Shown: positions 56,876-64,000 of the stretch, in pieces
How the letters are laid out: each line of letters begins with the position of its first letter
Numbering within the stretch: the first letter of the stretch is position 1
Source: an archaeon
Lineage (GTDB): Archaea; Iainarchaeota; Iainarchaeia; Iainarchaeales; JAAZKV01
Direction of reading: 5' to 3'
Assembly: GCA_041653195.1 (NCBI GenBank)
Contig: JBAZFU010000001.1
Location: 70,545-134,544 of the forward strand
DNA length: 64,000 nucleotides
Notes under the pieces: model-generated
Seen by the model: only the letters and a program-made list of their open reading frames with translations
Told to the model about the DNA's origin: nothing
The model's database searches: none
Translations under genes and position numbers: made by a program

Positions 56876-58660
56876 ATGAAAAAAGCCTTTCTAATTCTAA
56901 CTGCGCTTGTTCTAATTGTCACAGCTGTGCCAATTGTTTCGGCTGCGGACGACGAAAACACTTTTTATCCCACAACAATCGGGGAAATGACTGCACTAGT
57001 AAGGATTCATGGTTGGGGAACCGTAAGCGGATTAGAAGAGGGAGAAGATGCGAAATTACAAATTCTTACATTTCAAGAATCAGAAATACAACACTCAAAA
57101 ATAATAAAAGAAGCGCTTTACATAAACGCACAAACAGTAATGGCAGAAAGAGTCGTCGACGAATTCGGAAACAATTACGCGAGATTTTCAATAAACGAAA
57201 ACGGAAATTTCACTTACGAATTAATCGCAGAAGTAACAAGAAAATCTTTAATATATGCGCTGGATGACTACAACATAAGCGATGCGAACTTATCAGACAA
57301 GGAAAAACTTTATTTGAAACAAAGCAACAAAATAGAAAGCGATTCAAGTGAAATAAAAACCGTTGCGATGAATAAGCTCCAAACCAACAGCTTTATTGAT
57401 TCACTTAATGAAACAGTTGCGTGGGTGAATAGCTATGTGAAATATGCAGAGGGCGATGACTTTTACAAATATTACACTTCACAAAAATCCGCGCTTGAAA
57501 CGCTGTTCAATAAAGAAGGCGTGTGTGACGAATTCGCGAACTTGGCAGCAGCCATACTGCGCGCCAAAGGCATTCCTGCACAAGTAATAATTGGAATAAC
57601 TTTCGACGGACAAGCGTGGGGAAATCATGCATGGATTTCGGTCAGAAACAGCAAAGGCGAGTGGATATCATCCGACCCAACTTTCAGGGAAGCGGGTTTT
57701 GTGGACGCCACACATATAAGACTGGGCACATACAGCGACGTCACGTTGTCCTTGGCAAAAGCATTCTACCCATCAACCGCAAAAATATCCTTCTACACCC
57801 AAACAATACCTGATGTTCAAATATTAAGCAAAAAATATTTTGACGCGGTTGAAGCAAGCATTGAAGACTCAAAAAAAATAGAACTTAAAGAAAAAACTTG
57901 GAACAGCATCAAAGTAAAAGTAACAAACAAAACTACTGATGAAATCTTAGTTCCGGTTTCACTCCCAAGAAAATTTTCAAAACTTTACATCCATGAATCG
58001 AGTCAATCCGTTTTCTTAAAATCAAAAGAAACAAAAGAAATAGAATTTTTGATATATCCTGACCTGAACCTAAACAACCAGGTGGCAACCGCGTATCTGC
58101 GAGTAAACACTCTTTCGACACCGATTGAAAAAGAATTTACCGTAATTGAATCAAACCCCGTTGAAAACGGCAAAGTGCAGGTAAAAGATGTGACACCCAT
58201 AGTTACCGGAAAAAATCTTCAAGTAAATATTGAAATAGGAAATTACAAAATAAAAAATGCTGATGTTAACATAAAAATTTACGACGGGGCGCTTGATGAT
58301 GACTCGAAGGAAACACTCGAAACATTCCTGTACTCGGAAGATGAAACCACTCCTTACATAAACGAAATAAAAAAAGAAATAAAATCATTCAAAGAAGGCG
58401 CCTATAGCCTCCGAATAGAAACTCCTACCGAAATTTATCTCCAAGAAATACGCCCCTTGGAAATAAGCGGCGACAACTCAAATGAACCCGACAAAAATAC
58501 TGAACAAACCCCAACAATAACACAACAAATAACTCTGCCCGAACAAGAAACCATATTTGGATATATTACCTCTCACCCCGAAATACCTTTGGCAATTGTA
58601 TTATTCGGGATAGTTGCTGCATTACTAATTGTTGTCAGTCGGAACAAAAGATACATATAA
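56876..58660 (+). CDS. Surface transglutaminase-like domain protein
   Basis: Signal peptide; GVCDEFA / HAW / DPT catalytic triad; C-terminal TM anchor. Confidence 0.88.
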   Translation: MKKAFLILTALVLIVTAVPIVSAADDENTFYPTTIGEMTALVRIHGWGTVSGLEEGEDAKLQILTFQESEIQHSKIIKEALYINAQTVMAERVVDEFGNNYARFSINENGNFTYELIAEVTRKSLIYALDDYNISDANLSDKEKLYLKQSNKIESDSSEIKTVAMNKLQTNSFIDSLNETVAWVNSYVKYAEGDDFYKYYTSQKSALETLFNKEGVCDEFANLAAAILRAKGIPAQVIIGITFDGQAWGNHAWISVRNSKGEWISSDPTFREAGFVDATHIRLGTYSDVTLSLAKAFYPSTAKISFYTQTIPDVQILSKKYFDAVEASIEDSKKIELKEKTWNSIKVKVTNKTTDEILVPVSLPRKFSKLYIHESSQSVFLKSKETKEIEFLIYPDLNLNNQVATAYLRVNTLSTPIEKEFTVIESNPVENGKVQVKDVTPIVTGKNLQVNIEIGNYKIKNADVNIKIYDGALDDDSKETLETFLYSEDETTPYINEIKKEIKSFKEGAYSLRIETPTEIYLQEIRPLEISGDNSNEPDKNTEQTPTITQQITLPEQETIFGYITSHPEIPLAIVLFGIVAALLIVVSRNKRYI

Positions 58661-58693
58661 ACTTTTAAACAATACCAACTGAATTGTTTTAAC

Positions 58694-58863
58694 GCGACCG
58701 TAGTCTAACGGTTATGATTCAACCTTGCCAACAGCCTTTTAAAAAAGGCTGGCGAAAAGGCTTCGCAACGGCTTTTTGAGAAAAGACCGGCGAAAAAACG
58801 CAAACAAAAAATCAATAAAAAAGCAATTAGGTTGAGGACCGGGTCCAATTCCCGGCGGTCGCA
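58694..58863 (+). tRNA. tRNA-Gly(GCC) with 98-nt intron at 37/38 (58731-58828)
   Basis: Exons GCGACCG...CAACC TT GCC A | A GGTTG AGGA CCGGG TCCAATT CCCGG CGGTCGC A; BHB central helix TTGC/GCAA. Confidence 0.9.
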
Positions 58864-58895
58864 TTCGACCTTTCAGGAAAAGGCCGGCGAAAAAA
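58864..58895 (+). repeat. Hairpin repeat copy directly after tRNA-Gly(GCC)
   Basis: TTCGACCTTTCAGGAAAAGGCCGGCGAAAAAA. Confidence 0.8.
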
Positions 58896-58904
58896 GGCGT
58901 TAAA

Positions 58905-59066
58905 TTGAAAAAAAAATTTGAAAAAGTTTGTCCAAAGTGCAAAAGTGAAAGCATAAAACAATGGCTGCCTCAAATAACAAATTCATGGGAATGCGGCAAC
59001 TGCGGAAACACAAACTTCTACCCTATCGAAATAAAAAAACAAAGCAACACAAAAGTGATTAAATGA
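58905..59066 (+). CDS. Small Zn-ribbon protein (53 aa)
   Basis: Below the track cutoff, TTG start: CPKC...WECGNCG; stop overlaps the next ATG. Confidence 0.7.
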   Translation: MKKKFEKVCPKCKSESIKQWLPQITNSWECGNCGNTNFYPIEIKKQSNTKVIK

Positions 59067-59725
59067 ACAAGAAAAGCATGCTGATAATTACAATAATAAT
59101 CGCTTCAGCGGCGATAGCGGCCATATCATACTCTGCCATGCCTGACCCGATGGCGACACACTGGGGAATAAACGGCGAACCGAACGGTTACTCCGACAAA
59201 TTCTTCGGAACCTTCCTGATGCCCGGAATAATATTCCTGATTACAGCGTTACTAATATTCATTCCAAAAATTGATCCGCTAAAAGAAAACATAAAAAAAT
59301 TTTACAGTTACTACGAAAATTTTGTAATTGTCATTATCGGATTCATGCTCCTCACCCAAATATTTATGCTTCTGTGGAATACGGGCATAAAAATTAATCC
59401 CTCAATCGCAATCCCCCTTGGAATCGGAGTGCTTTTTTACTATGCGGGAATAATGATGCAAAAAGCAAAAAGAAACTGGACAATCGGAATAAGGACGCCG
59501 TGGACGCTAAGCAGCGAAAAAGTCTGGGACAAGACCCATAGGCTCGGCGGCAGAATGTTCCGAGCCGCCGGAATAATATCCCTAATCGGGGCATTCATAC
59601 CCGCCTATTCCTTCTTTTTCATAATAGTGCCCGTGCTGTTATCTTCAGCCTGCCTGATAGTTTATTCCTATTTAGAATATAGAAAAGAAATGCGCAAAAG
59701 CAAAAATAGAAAAAAAAGAAAATAA
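59063..59725 (+). CDS. SdpI/DUF1648-family membrane protein
   Basis: ATHWGINGEPNG and NWTIGIRTPWTLSSEKVWDKTHR. Confidence 0.92.
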   Translation: MNKKSMLIITIIIASAAIAAISYSAMPDPMATHWGINGEPNGYSDKFFGTFLMPGIIFLITALLIFIPKIDPLKENIKKFYSYYENFVIVIIGFMLLTQIFMLLWNTGIKINPSIAIPLGIGVLFYYAGIMMQKAKRNWTIGIRTPWTLSSEKVWDKTHRLGGRMFRAAGIISLIGAFIPAYSFFFIIVPVLLSSACLIVYSYLEYRKEMRKSKNRKKRK

Positions 59726-59750
59726 AAAAATTTAGAAATAAACCAAACAA

Positions 59751-60710
59751 TTACTTTCTTCTTTTCTTAATCGCCTTCGATTTGCGAGCCGCTTTTGCAA
59801 AACGCTTTGAAGCGATTTTTCTGGGGTAGAGCACGCGCCATGAAAGTATTCTTCTTATCTTGTTAGAAGAATCCTGGTGTTTAACGGCTTGAGAGTATAA
59901 CCTGGTAACGGAAAAACAATAACCAACCACAAAAACAGAAACCCCGAACGCGGTTCCAAAAATTCTTGCAAATTCCAAATCACTCAATGTTGTCCCATCA
60001 AAAAAAGAGTGAAACCCCACCGATAAGAGAACTATATTCGCTATTGTCGATGCGAAAAAAGACGACACGGCGCACAAAAAAAACAAGAACACTAAAAGAA
60101 CACAAAAAGCAGAAAACAATCCTCCAAAACGCTGATGCGTCAAACTCCATGAACCCCTCAGTGCATCGCCTATTTTAGTTCCTCTGTTCAAAATAATAAG
60201 CGACGAAAACAAAAGTCGAACTGAATTATAAACTATGCATGACAAATAAATCGCCAAAAGAAAAATAAAAGATAAAACAACAACCCAAGATGAAACAACA
60301 GACAAAGTAATTACCGCCAAAAAAATTCCTACGAGAGAAAGAATTTGAATGCGCCTATAACGCCTGCTCATAGACCAAACAAATATGTACCAGAGCTCAA
60401 AAACCTGAAGAAAAAAAACATCCAGTATTTTGGAAACAGAAATTTTAACCGTTTGAAATCCGGCTGATTTGAGACAAAATCCTAACAAAAAAACTATTCC
60501 GACAAAAATTACTGCCTGTGCGATATAGTAAACATCATTAAAAATAGAAAAAACATTTTCTGAAACTACAAGATTTCCCCAAAAAATCGCGTCAACGCCC
60601 TGAATAAAAAAAACGGCCAAGAAAATCAAAAAGAAAAAAAGAAGGTAAACAAGAGCCTTGCCCTGAAAAACCCATCTATAAGTAGATTCTATTATTCCAT
60701 CATAATCCAT
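59751..60710 (-). CDS. Multi-pass membrane protein
   Basis: Several hydrophobic segments; basic C-terminal tail. Confidence 0.7.
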   Translation of the reverse strand: MDYDGIIESTYRWVFQGKALVYLLFFFLIFLAVFFIQGVDAIFWGNLVVSENVFSIFNDVYYIAQAVIFVGIVFLLGFCLKSAGFQTVKISVSKILDVFFLQVFELWYIFVWSMSRRYRRIQILSLVGIFLAVITLSVVSSWVVVLSFIFLLAIYLSCIVYNSVRLLFSSLIILNRGTKIGDALRGSWSLTHQRFGGLFSAFCVLLVFLFFLCAVSSFFASTIANIVLLSVGFHSFFDGTTLSDLEFARIFGTAFGVSVFVVGYCFSVTRLYSQAVKHQDSSNKIRRILSWRVLYPRKIASKRFAKAARKSKAIKKRRK

Positions 60711-60762
60711 TCTAAACTAATGCTTTTCTAGTTTTTAATAATTACTTTCTGAAAAAAAGCGC

Positions 60763-61401
60763 TCACTGAAGAACTTCATCCAAAAAAGGCTTTATTTGGG
60801 CAAAAACTTCGTCAACAGACTTATTCGCATCAATTATTTTTATATTTTCATTCGGCAAGAGCTTTGGCGCATCCAAAAAAAGTTTTCTCAAACCCGAAAT
60901 GAATTCTAATCCCCTGAACTTGTCAGATTCCTTTCTTTTCTCGGACTTTTCCGAATTCATGCGCCCATAAGCTTCCGCAGGTTCGACATCAAGAATGACT
61001 GCCAAATCCGGTGCCAAAAAATTTTTGTGCGCCGCAAAAACTTTCTCAAAGTCGTTGCCTTGCGCCGTTTGATACGCAATACTTGAATATTTGTAACGAT
61101 CACAAATCACTACAAAATTCTTTCCAAGCGCCGGCTTAACGATATTTTCAATATGCCACTCCCGATCCTTCACAAACAAATCAAAAATTTCTTCAGCCAA
61201 ATCCTCCGAAGACTTTTGTTTTTTGAAACACTCGCGAAGCTCTAAACCGTAGGGTCCGCGCGTCGGCTCATCAGTAATAAGAATATTATCAAATTTTTTG
61301 CTCTTATCGTAAATGTACTCAAAAGTTTTTTTTATCATCGTGCCTTTTCCACAGCCCGAAATTCCGTCAAAAGCAATAAAAATTCCTTTCCTTTCAACCA
61401 T
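60763..61401 (-). CDS. tmk: dTMP kinase
   Basis: FDGISGCGKGT, EPT, CDRYKYSSIAYQ, PDL. Confidence 0.88.
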   Translation of the reverse strand: MVERKGIFIAFDGISGCGKGTMIKKTFEYIYDKSKKFDNILITDEPTRGPYGLELRECFKKQKSSEDLAEEIFDLFVKDREWHIENIVKPALGKNFVVICDRYKYSSIAYQTAQGNDFEKVFAAHKNFLAPDLAVILDVEPAEAYGRMNSEKSEKRKESDKFRGLEFISGLRKLFLDAPKLLPNENIKIIDANKSVDEVFAQIKPFLDEVLQ

Positions 61402-61423
61402 TAAATCGCCCGCAATATTTAAT

Positions 61424-62071
61424 CTATTTCTCCAAAACCTTTTTTACTTCCGCCCAAACCATTTCGTGAATCTCTTCAACTGAAAGCAGGGAATCGTTTT
61501 TAACGCAATTAATTTTACTCCATCCAAGATCGCCGATGTTTCTCTCATACTCCGAAAAAACATTTCTTTGAAAACTTTTATCCGACTCGTGCTGATCCAT
61601 TTTTTCAGCCCTCTTAGCCATTAATTTTTCCGCAAAGTTTGGTGAAACTGAAAGCACCAAAACCAAGTCTGGCACAGGAAGCCGCTCACATGCTTTAGAT
61701 ATCCATTTCCACAAAGAATCTTTTTCACTTTCTTTTGCAAGCGCGACCTGATAAGTGAGCGTCGAAGTGAAATACCTGCTCAATAAAACATTTTTCCCGC
61801 TTTTGAGCAAATTTTCAACCCTGCTTTTCGATTCATAAAAATCAGTCATATACAGAAGCGAAATAAACTCTGGCGGCAAATCCTCTTTTGCCCCAAATTT
61901 TCCGTCCAAATAATCATCAACAACTTTTCCAAAAGACTCGCCGTGCTTAGGAAAATGCATTTGCTCAACATGAAAGCCCTCACTTTGAATACGCTTAAAA
62001 AGAAGCTCCAATTGAGTCGATTTTCCGGACCCATCCGTGCCTTCCAAAACTATTAACTTTCCATCCATCAA
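61424..62071 (-). CDS. tmk: dTMP kinase paralog
   Basis: LEGTDGSGKST, HFP, SRYFTSTLTYQ, PDL. Confidence 0.85.
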   Translation of the reverse strand: MMDGKLIVLEGTDGSGKSTQLELLFKRIQSEGFHVEQMHFPKHGESFGKVVDDYLDGKFGAKEDLPPEFISLLYMTDFYESKSRVENLLKSGKNVLLSRYFTSTLTYQVALAKESEKDSLWKWISKACERLPVPDLVLVLSVSPNFAEKLMAKRAEKMDQHESDKSFQRNVFSEYERNIGDLGWSKINCVKNDSLLSVEEIHEMVWAEVKKVLEK

Positions 62072-62215
62072 AACCGTTCAAAGAAAGGCACGAACCAATT
62101 AAAAATGGTTTTAGCGCACAAGCATGAATTTAAAAAAGAAACCAAATTTAAGTTAGTTAATTGAAAAAAAAGTGTCATCGCGGAGCGATGGCACGCGTAA
62201 CGCATATGCAATAGC

Positions 62216-62377
62216 GCGTCCGTGATGTAACGGTAGCATGAAAGCCTTCCACGGCCTTTTTCAAAGGCCGGCGAAAAGCACTGTCTTCGCTTTTGGCTCG
62301 ACAGAGCGTGCTTCGCAGGTTTTGTAAAAAAAAACTGGAGTTAGCTTTCCGTCGGGGTTCAAATCCCCGCGGGCGCA
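62216..62377 (+). tRNA. tRNA-Gly(TCC) with 91-nt intron at 37/38 (62252-62342)
   Basis: Exons GCGTCCG...AAAGC CT TCC A | A GCTTT CCGT CGGGG TTCAAAT CCCCG CGGGCGC A; BHB central helix CTTC/GGAG. Confidence 0.9.
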
Positions 62378-62380
62378 TTT

Positions 62381-63745
62381 TCATTCTTTTCTTTTTTTTA
62401 AAAACTCCTTAAAAGAATTATAATCATTTTCAATCAAACCATACTCTTCTTTTTTATTCGCGACTTCCATTAATGCGGGGTGAAGCGAAGGCTTCATGTT
62501 CAACAAGGATTCAATTTCTTCCGGAAATTTTGAAGGATGCGCGGTTTCAAGCGAAACAAATTTTTCGCCAGGAAAAGTGTCTTCTTTTTCTAAAAAAACT
62601 TCCAAACCCTTCCAAGCAACAGCGCCGTGAGGCTCAAGAAGCAACATATAATTTTTGTAAGCATTAATTATTGCTTCACGGGTTTCAGAATCCGAAACGC
62701 TAACAGCAAAAATTTCTTTCCTCAATTTCTCCATATTCGGAAGTTTTTCAATATTGCCGTTCTCATCCATTTTCCCAGTATACAAATCAATTAAGCGGGA
62801 AAGATTGCTCGGGTGACCGACATTCATCGCGTTCGAAATGCATCCTTTCGAAGGAACAATCTTCTCATACTTTCCCGTTTCAACAAATTTTGAGAACTCG
62901 TCGTTCTCATTCACCGCAACAACAAATCTTTTTACAGGCAAACCCATTCTCTGCGCAATGAGACCGCCGCACAAATCACCGAAATTTCCGGAAGGAACTG
63001 AAAAAACCACTTCTTCGCCTGGAGCGGTTGCAACGCGCGAGTACGCATAAAAGTAATAGACTGCCTGCGGAATGAGGCGCCCCAAATTAATTGAATTGGC
63101 TGAAGAAAAATTGTATAAGGTGTTCAAATCAGGGTCGACAAAAGCGCGTTTAACCATTGCCTGACAATCATCAAATTTTCCCTTAACAGCGAGAACAAAA
63201 ACATTTTTTCCGAGAGTAGTCATCTGTTTGCGCTGATTTGGAGTAACTTCTTTTTCCGGAAAAAGAACAATCACTTCAATATTATCCAAACCATAAAAAG
63301 CGTTTGCAACCGCGCTGCCGGTATCACCACTCGTTGCAACCAAAATTGTGAGTTTTCTCGCATCCTCGCGCATAAAATAATTCATTAAGCGGGCCATAGC
63401 GCGCGCAGCAAAATCCTTGAAAGAAGCGGTTGGGCCGCCATCCAAACGGAGCACGTAAGCTTCATGCGGAAAACCTTTAATCTTCTCAAGCGGGACAGAA
63501 AAATTGTAAGCATCCTTAACAATCGTCTCCAATTCTGCCGCAGGAATTTCATCCGCCAAAAATTTTGAAATAACTTCAAAAGCGATTTCATAATACTTCT
63601 TTTCTTTAAAGCCGAAAATTTCTTTCTGTGAAAATTGAGGAACGGATTCGGGCATGAACAGCCCTTTGTCCTCGGCAAGACCCTGCAAAAGAACATCCTT
63701 GAAAGAGGATTTCGAGGAAATGCCGTTCGTGCTATAATAATTCAT
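62381..63745 (-). CDS. thrC: Threonine synthase
   Basis: GLAEDKGLFMP, GPTASFKDF (PLP Lys), ATSGDTG, SANSINLGR, VPSGNFG, TAHPSKF. Confidence 0.95.
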   Translation of the reverse strand: MNYYSTNGISSKSSFKDVLLQGLAEDKGLFMPESVPQFSQKEIFGFKEKKYYEIAFEVISKFLADEIPAAELETIVKDAYNFSVPLEKIKGFPHEAYVLRLDGGPTASFKDFAARAMARLMNYFMREDARKLTILVATSGDTGSAVANAFYGLDNIEVIVLFPEKEVTPNQRKQMTTLGKNVFVLAVKGKFDDCQAMVKRAFVDPDLNTLYNFSSANSINLGRLIPQAVYYFYAYSRVATAPGEEVVFSVPSGNFGDLCGGLIAQRMGLPVKRFVVAVNENDEFSKFVETGKYEKIVPSKGCISNAMNVGHPSNLSRLIDLYTGKMDENGNIEKLPNMEKLRKEIFAVSVSDSETREAIINAYKNYMLLLEPHGAVAWKGLEVFLEKEDTFPGEKFVSLETAHPSKFPEEIESLLNMKPSLHPALMEVANKKEEYGLIENDYNSFKEFLKKRKE

Positions 63746-63801
63746 GCTAAAACAAATTGGCGAGAAGCATATTTTTAACCATATGGCAGCAAAGCAAATT
63801 T

Positions 63802-64000
63802 ATGGAAAAAAAATTAAAAGCCGGGCAGAAACTCGCACTCGAAAGGATTTACAGGCTCTTCGAACTCGCGGAAGAAGAAGAAAAAAAGTGCGAAGGAAAA
63901 CGCACAAAACGATATTTAAAACTCGCTTTTGAAATCGGAAAAAAACTAAATGTGCCCGTCCCAAAAGAATTGAAAAAAAAATTCTGCAAAAAGTGTTATT
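63802..64000 (+). CDS. rnp4: RNase P protein Rpp21 (partial)
   Basis: My translation: LALERIYRLFELA...RYLKLAFEIGKKLNVPVPKELKKKFCKKC. Confidence 0.88.
   Translation, partial: MEKKLKAGQKLALERIYRLFELAEEEEKKCEGKRTKRYLKLAFEIGKKLNVPVPKELKKKFCKKCY

Noticed and set aside
336..63932. Many short antisense or alternate-frame ORFs in the track, e.g. 336-692, 40393-41052, 44080-44403, 48013-48576, 58739-58954, 62175-62384, 63744-63932
   Set aside because: They shadow well-supported genes, tRNAs or repeats and show the F/S/L-rich composition expected from the reverse of K/E-rich coding DNA.

Overview
Core chromosome of an AT-rich archaeon with DPANN-type gene content; it most resembles Ca. Iainarchaeota/Diapherotrites, which is an inference. 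The window encodes housekeeping genes (topA, RFC-S, NreA, ABCE1, pelota, Elp3, Taw3, CCA enzyme, EF-1beta, Rad50, S17e, Rpo6, HerA/NurA, IscS/IscU, Pth2, Hjc, DnaG, two dTMP kinases, thrC, Rpp21), a ~12 kb type IV pilus locus with about 11 pilin-like genes, and 7 intact tRNAs. The main finding is an accessory region at ~32.4-38.5 kb with no integrase or transposase. It holds two related free-standing double-motif LAGLIDADG endonuclease genes, each running in-frame into a tRNA gene: one stops inside tRNA-Ala(CGC), the other reads through all of tRNA-Gly(CCC). The second unit and its cargo lie between the separated 5' and 3' halves of what appears to be the original intron-bearing tRNA-Gly, suggesting homing cassettes that destroy a host tRNA and supply a replacement. 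A second signal is a ~30 bp covarying hairpin repeat (GGCCTTTT-n-AAAAGGCC-GGCGAAAA) found directly after tRNA 3' ends and inside the BHB introns of tRNA-Gly genes. All product calls come from motif recognition; no database searches were run.
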